The position numbers were made by a program, and so were the translations under genes. Under the pieces are notes generated by a model. It was not told where the DNA came from. It saw nothing but the letters and a program-made list of their open reading frames with translations, and did not search any database. This document shows, piece by piece, positions 13,217-24,070 of a stretch of DNA of 64,000 bases; within the stretch, counting starts at the first letter, position 1; each line of letters begins with the position of its first letter. Source of the DNA: Chiloscyllium plagiosum (Eukaryota). The DNA is taken from contig NC_057718.1 in NCBI RefSeq assembly GCF_004010195.1, positions 92,977,569 through 93,041,568 on the forward strand, written 5' to 3'.

Positions 13217-13846
13217 ATCAGACGTACGGAGAGGTCAACCAGCTGGGGGGCGTCTTCGTGAACGGGAGACCTCTGCCCAACGCCATCCGCCTGCGGATAG
13301 TGGAACTGGCTCAGTTGGGCATTCGGCCGTGTGATATCAGCCGCCAGTTGCGGGTCTCCCACGGCTGCGTGAGCAAGATCTTGGCCCGGTACAACGAGAC
13401 GGGCTCCATCCTGCCGGGAGCTATAGGAGGCAGCAAGCCCAGGGTCACCACCCCGACCGTGGTGAAGTACATCAGGGAATACAAACAGGGAGACCCGGGC
13501 ATCTTCGCCTGGGAGATCCGGGACCGGCTGCTGGCGGACGCGGTCTGTGACAAGTACAACGTGCCCTCGGTCAGTTCCATCAGCAGGATCCTTCGCAACA
13601 AGATCGGCAACCTGTCCTCCACCTCCGGTCACTACGAAGCCCACAAGCAACTGACCCCCCAGGCCGCTCTGCCTTACAACCCTCTCTATCAGTACTCCTA
13701 CCCCGGGCACATGTCCCCGGCCGCTACCAAGGTGGGCAGCTCCGCCGGCGTCCCGGTGCCCGGCCACGTTGGCATCCACAGGACCTGGCCGTCCGCTCAC
13801 TCCGTCACCAACATCCTCGGGCTCAGAAGCATCGTCGAGCAGACAG
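13217..13846 (+). CDS. PAX1: Pax-1 exon 2: paired domain and octapeptide
   Basis: Pyrimidine tract then ccgcag| acceptor. Encodes [76 protein letters not shown]...[18 protein letters not shown] and the octapeptide HSVTNILG; donor ACAG|gtgagt. QTYGE, KQGDP and ...EQT are Pax1-type rather than Pax9-type. Confidence 0.97.
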
Positions 13847-15054
13847 GTGAGTGCTGCTTCCAACACCCCTCTCTTGGTTTCCAACGGCCTGAAACGGGGC
13901 AGAAGCAAAGAAAGATTGGGGCCGCATTGTGTTTAAAAAAATTACAAATGGACACACACACACACAAAACGTAAACATTTTGATAGCATATCCGGGATTG
14001 ATTTGTGATCCTGCTTCTCTTTAGTCATTCGAAAATACGCCTGTCACCAATAAACCTACAATTGTAATAAAAAGCAGCGAATGACAGATCTATGATTACA
14101 GCAGATATTTGCCAAAGCACATTAATGGATGTAATATGCATGGGTCTTGTCATCACTGGACGACTGGCCAAGAGGAACAGGCCACAACACAGCATCTAAT
14201 ATTTGTTCTCAGTAATTCCATCCTCTAGGCCTCTCCTGTAACCTGTCAATAGCTTAAAATTAAATTGAGCCACTTCTCCGAGTATAGTAGTGGGTGACAT
14301 TCCTCCGACTAACATTAAACAACAAAGCTTTCCCCCTCTGTTTCCTCATCTGTCCCTCTCTGTGTAGGAAGCGCCCTTGCGGCCTATACTTCCCACTTTA
14401 TCAGAACCCCGTGTCCCTGCCTCAATGAACCTTTCTCCTTACCTGCAGGCTTTTCACAAACAAAAACAACAACCAATTTTTTTTCAAACTGAAGTTTAAA
14501 TTCAATGCAATCCATTGTTAGTGTTTTTTTTTCTCTCTCCCGTGGAAGACGAGAAAAAGTGCATTAAAATAAAAGTCTAGAAGCAACGTTGAATGTTGAT
14601 AGATTGTGGAACTCGCCCGAGACAATACTCTTCAATGTTAACAGTGTGCTGCAGAGCCAGCCCTGTACAGTATTTGCTGTTTTGTTTTGGCCGAGCGGAG
14701 TGATATATAATAGGCCTGCCTTCATTTCTACCAGCCCACTGCATTTGAACGGCTTCTGACAATCTAAACAACACAAGTCGTACAGATAAATTGTCTTTTT
14801 AAAAAAAAAATACATGAACATGCATGCATGATATGAATAGTGCTATTAAAGACTCTGCCTGGGAGAGAGGAAGATTGTGGTTAAAATGCATTTGGAGAGA
14901 AATCCAATTCAATGTTCCAGCGACATTTCCACTGCACCAAGGAATGAAAATACAACTCGGATCTGTCTGTTACAGGGTACGCGAAATGTGACAGCGGTGT
15001 TCACGCGCAATGATAATTTTTTTTTGTTCTTGTTTTTTTTAACACGCATTTTAG

Positions 15055-15197
15055 CCGTTCACGGTGGAACGGAGACTTCCGTCTATCAGACCAAAATGGA
15101 AGACTGGAACAACGTCAATCGGGCTGCTTTCTCATCAACTCAAAGTGTCAACGGGATTGAGAAGCAGGCGATAGACCCGGATCTCAAATACCCTCAG
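15055..15197 (+). CDS. PAX1: Pax-1 exon 3
   Basis: ttttag| acceptor and CAG|gtactg donor. AVHGGTETSVYQTKMEDWNNVNRAAFSSTQSVNGIEKQAIDPDLKYPQ aligns with Pax1 KMEDWAGVNRTAF...VNGLEK...DIKYTQ; splice phases are consistent. Confidence 0.93.
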
Positions 15198-15344
15198 GTA
15201 CTGACCTACACCCACCCCTACTCCCCTCCCCACATGTTTTCACATAATGAGTGATGCCTTCCTATTCTCTCTGTCTCTCTGTGTGCCTCTCGCTCTGATA
15301 GCAACTAAACAGTAAAAACAAACTCCGTGTTTGTTGTATTCCAG

Positions 15345-15585
15345 CCTCCGTCTGGCTTGCCAGCTGTGAGCAGCTTTGTTCCTGCATGCGCCGTGGGCCC
15401 TTACCCCTCGTCCAACCAAGTGCCGGGTTATGGAGTATACAGTGGCCCTGGAGCCGGCTACATGAGTGGACATCACTGGCAGTCCCAGAGCAGCGGCCTC
15501 TCCCAGTCGGCAGGGCCCGGGATTACCATGCACGGAGGAGACATTCACGCACCAATGCCCTTCAAACACCTCTCAGCCAGAGAAG
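15345..15585 (+). CDS. PAX1: Pax-1 exon 4
   Basis: ttccag| acceptor and GAAG|gtaaat donor. PPSGLPAVSSFVPACAVGPYPSSNQ...HGGDIHAPMPFKHLSARE matches the Pax1/9 C-terminal region. Confidence 0.93.
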
Positions 15586-16507
15586 GTAAATGGCTTTGCT
15601 CGTTAACACGGGGCCACGGTCCATTTCCTCTAAAACAAACCGAAATAATGCTGAGTCGGACCGATCGAAAGCAAAAATGAGGGTGTTTTCATGACATCTG
15701 GAATGAAACAAAAGTAGCTGATTGAAAAAAAAAGGGCAAATTTCTTAGTGCATCTTTCCAGGTAAGAATTGTTAAATCGAAGTTAAAAAAAAGTGATACG
15801 GTTTCCTTTTGATACCAGGGCCCATTCGCGTAATGCAGAGCAATAGAATGAAATAGCTGTTTGTCAGAGCACCATGTAAGTGACAGGAAAGTGAAGTTAT
15901 GGAGTTTCAGCGGGTCTCAAAGTACATTTTCCATGTAGGAAGCAGCCATTCCCCCTCTTTGAAGTTGTTCAATGTGCCCTTTTCAGTCAAGGGACCGCGT
16001 TTCTGTGGCGGCGGCTTTGCTGCAAAATGCGTTTGCTTTCATTCGACTCTGGGAATGTTGCTTATTGCTCTTGGAACAGTTACAATCTAAAGGCAATTAT
16101 ATTTTCCAAAAGCTGCTTTTGTTTCATTCTAGAGACCCACCAATCTATACATACGGTGCGCAGAGGCAGCCTATAAGGAGCTGTGTTACTGTGGGTTGAT
16201 GTTGGATTCTCACGTAGTATTTCAGCTGAAAATGACAAGGTGTGCATTATTGATTCATAAGTTTTTGTGCTTTTATTTGTACCCTATTATCAGTCAGATG
16301 TTGCTCAGCGGCTACTGCTAGTTAAGAATCAGTCTTTAATCAATTCGAGACCCTTGAATAGAGTTGAGCTTTCATTCCAAACTCTTATTGTGCACTTAAA
16401 TTTCATGACCCATCTTCTATGGAGGCAGCTGAAAGCTAAAATGGTAACGATAAAGCAACGCCACTCATGTACTCTCAAATCTCCCAGCAGGACTGACCAG
16501 TTCAATG

Positions 16508-16624
16508 TAGGAGCAAATTATTGCAGATGCTGGAATCTGAAAAAATGCTGGAGATCACAGCTTGATTTCTCTCCAAGGGTGCTGCTTGACCCGCTGTGAT
16601 CTCCAGCATTTTTTTTGTTTTCTA
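16508..16624. mobile_element. Short fold-back Penelope-like element in PAX1 intron 4
   Basis: Arms aaaaaatgctggagatcacagc / gctgtgatctccagcatttttt; TSD-like accagttc(a/c)atg at 16496-16507 and 16625-16636. Confidence 0.65.
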
Positions 16625-16790
16625 ACCAGTTCCATGCTTGTCCGGACAGGTTCCATGCCGAGTGTAACCGTCCTAACTAAAGATGGCGTTCACTTATTTT
16701 GTGATAATTCGGCTAATGAGAATATGAAGTGGATAACACGGTCATCTGACGCAGAGCGTTCCAGTTATTAAAGTGCTCCTTATCCAAGTA

Positions 16791-16983
16791 CACAACACCA
16801 GGTTATAGTCCAACAGGTTTAATTGGAAGCACACTAGCTTTCGGAGCGACACTCCATCAGGTGATTGATCAGGAGCGTCGCTCCGAAAGCTAGAGTGCTT
16901 CCAATTAAACCTGTTGGACTATAACCTGGTGTTGTGTGATTTTTAACTTTGTATACCCCAGTCCAACACCGGCACCTCCGAAT
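16791..16983. mobile_element. Fold-back Penelope-like element (family B) in PAX1 intron 4
   Basis: Inverted arms of about 60 bp (cacaacaccaggttatagtccaacaggtttaattggaagcac and its reverse complement). Perfect TSD cttatccaagta at 16779-16790 and 16984-16995. Confidence 0.85.
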
Positions 16984-18981
16984 CTTATCCAAGTAATTCG
17001 CTATGTTTTGAAAGCACTCCTCGCTACCCATGTAAGGCAGTGTCCAGTTGCAGTTTACCCCAGACCTTTCTGCTCTCACTGTTAGTGCAGATTATCTACA
17101 TGTCTTGTTACCAATTAATATCCTGAACTGTCTTGACACCAATTAATACTGAGCCGTCTTATTTCAAACTATATGCCCAATAGTGTATTTTATTTACCTC
17201 ATCTGACAAACCATTTCCCAACATGTTCAACATGTCCCAAAATCAATGTTCAATTTTCCAGCACTACTGACAAAGAACAAAAGCTCTCGCCCAAAATTCC
17301 AATTCTTTTCCAACCATTTGCAATATATTGTCTACAGTACTTCGCGTTTGCAGCGGTAGCGTCTAGACGTGAGAACCTGCTTGAATTAGTTGAAACCAAT
17401 TGGCTCTATTTATCCGGCACTATTTTTATTCCCACACTCCAGAAGAAAAAAAAAATCTGCTAGTTAGACCTTGAGCTCTAATATTAAAAGGATTGCACTA
17501 TGGTAGTTAAAAGCACGTATGTGACAAGCTGTCACAGTTGTCTGTACTGTGAATATTTAGAATTTTCCTGTGTGTATTGCAAATAGATGCTAATTGAGCT
17601 AACTGAGGTGGCAACCATTAAAACAAAATGTGATTTCAAGTTATGAAGTCCACTATTTCCTTTACTTTGTTTTCTCTTTGACCAGCGTTAGATTTAGGGG
17701 CTACTGTTAATGATTGAAACTAGCCCATTCACCAACTGACGACCTTTACTGGCCAAAGCCAATCCCTGCATTAACAGTGGGTGTCGGAGCTGCCTTTGAT
17801 TTCTGTGGTCAAATCAACGCAGCGTTCGTTAAAAAAAAAACATCTGGTCATATTGAATGTGACAATTCGCAAATGCAAAAATAAAATGCATGTTAGATTA
17901 AAAAAAAATCAGTGGTGTTAGGATTTACAGACAGAGGAAGTATTGAAGTTCAAACAAATGAAGCAACGGTTTGAATTTGAAACTTTTGAGCAAGTGAACT
18001 GTTTTTGTATTCGCAAGCACCACGTAATTGGGTGGGTAAGGCAGCAACTTTAACACTCCCACGCTACAAAAGTACATGTTTCCAAATGTTTAAATGTAGT
18101 GCTGGGTTCAATTTGCTTTTACTTGTTGCTTCTGAATACCTTGGCCCAATGCGTTCAAGGAAAATGTGTGAATATGAACAACAATGGAAAGGAGCCTCGA
18201 GCTCGGGCCCAGCAGCTAGTATTTAGTTTCCGTTCAGCATCCTAACCTTTAGATGATTACATTCTCCTTAAACTGCATGTGAGTTTTTTGTTGGTTGGGG
18301 TTGGGGGGCGTTTGGGATTCATAATCGAGGAAACTAGGATACATTTTGCAGTAGTAATTTAATATTTGCACATACGAAAGCAAAAATGTCAGCGAGTCCT
18401 TATAATCCAGAGGGCGCCTACTTCATTTGCAAAGCATTTAGAGCCAATTCAGATAGATGCATTCCCGCGAGAGACTCGATTTGGATGCCTCGGGTACTGA
18501 TAACTCTCTTAAAAAAACACACACAATTTATCCCAACTGTGTGGAATCAGAGTTTTGCTCTGATCTAAAGCAAACGCATCAACGATGTTGGATCTCACTG
18601 CCAATTGTCGAGTGATTTCAGGGCACGAAATTGTGGGGAGATGGGCTGACAGATATCGGGCTGCTAATCTCGAATTGCGCATCTGTGCAAGAATCGATTT
18701 TCTAAGCAAATCTGGTGAACACACCGGAAGTGTGGAAGGTACATTATGACAGTGCAAGGTGAGAGTGCAGAGGGATGGCTGTTTCAGACGATGCCACCTT
18801 GTTTTTGCCAGTTACCTGAATTTATGTCATTAAAATTATTTTAAAAACCAGATTCGTTTGCTCTGACAATTACAATGTCCTTCCCTTCGCCTATCTGTCG
18901 TAAATTAATACTATGGCGTAATTCCCCAGCATGCAACCCCAGGTAGCAGAGACAGACCGTCTCTCTTCAGATTAATAACGA

Positions 18982-19121
18982 TGTGGAGGAGCCGGTGTTG
19001 GACTGGAGTGGACAAAGTTAAAAATCACACAACACCAGGTTATAGCCCAACAGGTTTATTTGGAAGCACTAGCTTTTGGAGCGCTGCTCCTTCATCAGCT
19101 GATGATTTTTAACTACACAGT
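18982..19121 (-). mobile_element. Penelope-like element (family B) in PAX1 intron 4
   Basis: ccggtgttggactgg...cacacaacaccaggttatag...gctccttcatcag; TSD-like atta(a/g)taacga at 18971-18981 and 19122-19132. Confidence 0.8.
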
Positions 19122-19576
19122 ATTAGTAACGAAATGGGGCTACTTGACACATATATGCCATTAGGTGCCGAGTTGAACCGAATCTGGAATCACCTTCGCT
19201 GTGTCATGTTGGCGAACTTGCCATGGCCACAGGGTCCACAGGAACTGGAGTTCGACTCTTGCGCTGTGCAGAGGTGGCCAATTCTGAATTTTCCCCTTCC
19301 ACATCTCAGTGTTTCACTTTCCAACCACAAACCAATGCTGTCCTTTCGATCCTCACGAGGCGAGAGATATTTTTGATATTGTTTCATTTTCCTGAAAACA
19401 ACGTGTAGGCGTCGTTTTGCCTCCATTAAACAAATCGACTCGTTTTCCTAAAATAGGTTAACACCAGAATAAACGTGAAACACCGTGTGTTAGTTGATAC
19501 TAGAAACAGTTAAATGAAAAGCGGCAGAAACACGAAAATGCTGGAACTGCACAGCAAGACAGTTAATATCCACCAG

Positions 19577-19679
19577 AGTTCAAAATCACACAACACCAGG
19601 TTATAGTCCGGGCTATAACCTGGTGTTGTGTGATTTTTAACTTTGTATACCCCAGTCCAACACCGGCATCTCCCAATCA
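19577..19679. mobile_element. Hairpin family-B element nested in an older related short element
   Basis: Near-perfect palindrome at 19582-19637; perfect TSD taatatccaccag at 19564-19576 and 19680-19692. Confidence 0.85.
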
Positions 19680-20298
19680 TAATATCCACCAGGTTAACGT
19701 TCCCATAGAGATGCTGACTCTCTTGTTTGATACTAAATGCGAATATCAGTCTCAGTGCAGACTCAGATCTGGGCATTTCACGCAGATGCAGCTGTTTTAA
19801 AATCAGATACCAAACAAAAAAAGTGCCGCAGCAAAGGGCTCTTTCGATTATTAAGAAAACATTTGCAACCACATTGGGGATTAACCTATAAATTCAATTT
19901 TAGCTTTGAGATCCAGTTTCCATATTTGCTGAATAGTTACATTTTATTGAGGAAAGGGATACTGTGTGTTCTAATCATCGCATTACTGACCGTATTTCCA
20001 ATTCTAATAAGTTACCATTCTGAACACGCGAAATGTACAGCTTTTGGGGCAAAGTAATTTGAATAATATCAAGATATTTGTTGGCGCATGAATATGTCTG
20101 GGCTTGAAAGGAATCTTAATGAATTCTCCTTATTAAGTCCTTTGGTCATCCTTGCCTCGTTCAGTTCAAGTTTGAGATAATTTGATGTATTGTTAACTAA
20201 GAGCTAAAATAAAACAAAGCTGCTTTGTCTGAGTGAGCAACTCGCAGGTCTGAATTGTCAAGGCTTTTTATTCCGCTCTCTCCCTGCTTTTCTTTCAG

Positions 20299-20390
20299 CG
20301 TCAGAGAGAAAACCCGTGAGCCCTGTTAACAAACCCCCTGAAACTCTTAGCAGTGCGCACGGCCTCTCAATCCCAGCCTCCAGCACGTAA
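20299..20390 (+). CDS. PAX1: Pax-1 exon 5 (terminal coding exon)
   Basis: Long pyrimidine tract then tttcag| acceptor, phase 1. ASERKPVSPVNKPPETLSSAHGLSIPASST* resembles the Pax1 C-terminus [29 protein letters not shown]. Not present in the supplied ORF track. Confidence 0.92.
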
Positions 20391-21071
20391 AAGACAGCCC
20401 CCCCTCCCACCACACACTTAACTCCGAGCGTAACACCAACGATGGTGCCCTCTTTCAAGAAACAAACGGAGTTCCACAGGAGATCGAATGAACGATAAAA
20501 GCTTCCTCCCAGGAACTTTGGGTCTGCTGTTTTATGTCATTTCGGTTTTAAGGAACTGTTGGGAATAATCAAAGATATTTCGAAGACTTCGTGCTTGGAT
20601 CCGCTAAAGGCATTTCTGTCCCCTTGCCGCCAGTGAATTACAATTCCTCAAGTTCAGACGCGGTGTTGGTGACGGGGAGGCCGATCTGTTTTGATCTCGT
20701 TTCATATATTTGTGAAATGTCGAGAAATCATATTTGTATTGTAGCTGATAGGAATATAAGCCATAATATAACCAAAAAAAGAAACCCGATTTTACTGTTC
20801 ATTAATGCAGGCTTCGCCCACAAATACAATACCACCCGTTCCCATACAGGCAATGGGAGACTTCCTCAGTAATGTATAGTGTGTTTGAATATAGCTTTAT
20901 GAACCCAGACCCTTGGCTAACGCATACAGATATTGGTTGGCGCCACAGACCATGTGAACAAGTTGTGAACATTTTGATGTATATCCGAGACTGTAAATGT
21001 ACAAATATTTTTGCCCCCCGCGGTCCATTTTATATTTTTATATTTTGAATTTAAAAATGCATTTATGTTGA

Positions 21072-21077
21072 AATAAA
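21072..21077 (+). terminator. Probable PAX1 polyadenylation signal AATAAA
   Basis: About 680 nt after the stop codon, at the end of an AU-rich 3' UTR and followed by a GT-rich tract. Confidence 0.65.
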
Positions 21078-21113
21078 ACAACCATCAAACCAGACGAGAA
21101 ATGCATCATACCT

Positions 21114-21150
21114 CTGTGTGTGTGTGTGTGTGTATGTGTGTGTATATGTA
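21114..21150. repeat. (TG)n microsatellite
   Basis: Direct reading. Confidence 0.95.
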
Positions 21151-21459
21151 TGGGGCGACTGTTGCTTGCCATTTGCAACATTATTTGTTTCATTATTGAA
21201 TTGCCAATAACAAAAAAAAACCTTTTTCTTCAAGGGTCAACAGTGAATGAGACAGAGAGAAAAAACAACCCACTTTCTTGGTGCACAGAACTCCTCACAA
21301 AAATCGTCCTATTTGGTTGTTTTTTTCTCCCCCTCATTCACTTTATTCCGGACATCCGTTAGCCCAGGACTTAATTCCAGTTGCCATGCCATACGACCAC
21401 CTGCTATATTGACAGAATCAGCACAGCAATTACATAACATGACATTCAGAAAATAAATA

Positions 21460-21666
21460 CGACGTGGAGGTGCCGGTGTTGGACTGGGGTGGATATGGTC
21501 AGAAGTTACAGGATACCAGGCTCTAGTATAACAGGTTTATTTGAAATCGTGAGCTTTCGGAGCAGTACTCCGAAATAACCCGATTTATTTGAAATCACGA
21601 GCTTTTGGAGCAGCACTCAGAAATAAACTTGGTGGACTATAACCTGGTGTCGTGGGATTTGTGACC
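21460..21666. mobile_element. Fold-back Penelope-like element (family B variant) with internal duplication
   Basis: Perfect TSD cagaaaataaata at 21447-21459 and 21667-21679; inverted accagg..tag.. / ..ctataacctggt arms. Confidence 0.75.
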
Positions 21667-23019
21667 CAGAAAATAAATATGTAGCACTTCAGATTTCACA
21701 TTATTTAGTTTCAGCCAGACACTTACTATTTAAAAAAAAACTTTTGTTTACTTTTGATTTCTAAAGACCGTGCACCTCCATGTATTTTGACTAACTTCTT
21801 TGTTATTTCGCAAATGTATAGCCAATCAGACGAGAGGTTAGTGACAGATTTTTGCGAAATGCTAACAATTTTCAGAGAGTGTGATGAGAATCGTTGTAAC
21901 TTCACAGATGGGAATCTGTATCTTTCTCATGAAGCGCCCCTTTGCTTTTCTTAAAAGTTGGAAGGATGACGATAAGGCTCAGACCCGGGCTGTTTTACTA
22001 CTGCCCTGGATTGCCCCACACAACATGTAACCACACTAACAGCCAAAAGTGCTACCAAGAGTTATAATTTGTATATCGCGGTCCGTGCGCCTGTTTGAAT
22101 TCATTGTTTTACATCTGTTTTATCTTCCAATGACTAAATTTCAGCGAAGCAAAGTACATAATCGCAACTAGAAGAATTAAAACAGCTCTGATAGTTTGTA
22201 TTGTTTGTGATCACCCCTATCATTCCAATATCGTACTTGTCGGGAGACGTGGCCTTAAACAGTTTGTGTTTATCACTCTGGGTACAGACCTCTGGTTTAT
22301 ACGATATCTGTGCTATCGAAAGCTCCCACTAGCAATTAGTAGGTTTTAGCATTCTGTGATTATATGAAAAGCATCTGCATTGATGATATGAAAATTTTGG
22401 TTTAATTTATGAATGTCCACAATAAAAAAATCCTCCAGTGTACATCTGCTGCATTTCACTTGACAGAAGTTGTACAAACCTTCCTGCGTACAGATTCAGA
22501 TTGTGCTACCTCTTTCGTCTGGTGTGTTAATCACAATTCGTATAATCCAACATTCTTCCATTAACGACCAATATAAATTACGATTGACGCTTCTTAATAA
22601 TGCTTGTTCTCATACTTGCTAAGTGTTGATGTACCATCAGAAAACCCATTCTTAAAATTGACAGATATCCAAATCGTTTCAGATTTTAGGAGAAAATTAG
22701 AGTTAGATTTTTTTCTTTTTGACAGCATCATTTACATAATCTCACAGTAACGCTATGCTGTGAGAATTTCTGACAGATTCGACCAGGGAACGGGGTAAGC
22801 TGAAATGTGCCCTTCCGACAACAAGTATTAGTAGTGTTCTGCATGGAGGCATGTCCTAGCGGGGTAGCACTGCTATTAATGTTTAGTAACATAAGAAATG
22901 AAACGTTTCCACAACAGACATGACAATTTGCCGCATGTTAAAATACGTGCATACTGTCTGAATAGTAACTGTGCTAACCTTGTTTAAAATAGGAGTACTG
23001 TTAAATAAAATAGAATATA

Positions 23020-23335
23020 GCTATAGCTGGGTGGGGAGTCCAGAACTAGAGGATTTAAGGTGAGAGGGGAAAGATATAAAAGGGACCTAAGGGGCAACCT
23101 TTTCACGCAGAAGGCGGAACGCGTATGGAATGAGCTGCCAGAGGAAGTGGTAGAGGCTGGTACAATTACAGCATTTAAAAGGCATTTGGATGGGTAGATG
23201 AATAGGAAGTGTTAAGAGGGATATAGGCCAAGTGCTGGCAAATGGGACTAGATTAGATTCGGATAACTGGTCGGCCTGGACGAGTTGGACCGAAGGGTCT
23301 GTTTTCGTGCTGTACATCTCTATGTCTCCATGACT
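23020..23335 (+). mobile_element. HER1/CR1 LINE 3' end
   Basis: ggaatgagctgccagaggaagtggtagaggctggtacaatt...gttggaccgaagggtctgtttt...ctctatg tail, recurring at 29345-29645 (-) and 38905-39080 (+). Confidence 0.85.
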
Positions 23336-23699
23336 ATCATTGGCAACAGACGAATCATGATGACATCTGGCGTTGCTTGAGGTGAGAACTAATCAAAAGC
23401 AATGACAACCTTTCTTTTCCTGAAGTTGTTAACCTTCATTTAAAGAGCTATGTGAGTTGGAAACAGGCGTTGCAGGAAGCTCAGGCACATATAATCATTT
23501 CTGGGCTAACTTACAAATCCACCAGACGTAAGCATGCCTGGCTGGATATTGTTTTTCAGATTCTTTAAGCTGAAGGTATAAAGAAGTTTGCAGCTGGGAA
23601 GTTAGAAGGATGGCTCATTTAAGTTGACGTCCAGTGAGGCTGTCAGAACAAGATTTGGGAAGGTCTGCTCTGCCCAAATCTTGTTGTAAAATGTTGTAT

Positions 23700-24070
23700 T
23701 CAAGCGAATAATCCTTGGTTTAAAATAAATCCTTGTTTGCAAAATCCTCCATGCCTCAGCCCTCTCTATCTTTATAATGTATTCCAACTCCACATATCTT
23801 CAATATATCATGACACTTCAATTCAGACCTTTTGAACATCGCTGATTTTAAATATTGGTGGTGTACCTACAGTTACCTGGGACCTGAAGTCTGGAATACC
23901 CTCCCTACACCTTTTTACCGTTCTCCTCCTTAAAACCCATCTTTTTGATAAAGCTTTTGGGCACATGCTGTCTCATTGCGTGGCATGGCATCATATTTTG
24001 TTTTATAGTGCTCCTGTGAAATGCCTAGGGACATATTCTTATCAGAGATGCTGTATAAATGTAAGTTGTT
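23700..24070 (+). mobile_element. L2-like LINE 3' end, old
   Basis: ccttaaaacccatctttttga...gctcctgtgaaatgcctagggac...gctgtataaatgtaagttgttg resembles an L2 tail. Confidence 0.55.

Noticed and set aside
13198..13908. 236-aa antisense ORF
   Set aside because: Shadow of the GC3-rich paired-box exon; no independent similarity or gene structure.
13258..13974. ORF-track 238-aa protein as a single-exon gene
   Set aside because: Starts at an internal GTG and runs past the donor at 13847 into intron 2; the real exon is 13217-13846.
12639..20390. PAX9 assignment
   Set aside because: QTYGE, KQGDP, the KMEDW exon 3 and a fifth exon ending HGLSIPASST are Pax1 features.
16791..21666. CRISPR array or miRNA reading of the recurring palindromes
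   Set aside because: Eukaryotic context, no regular repeat-spacer period, and each copy has its own TSD.
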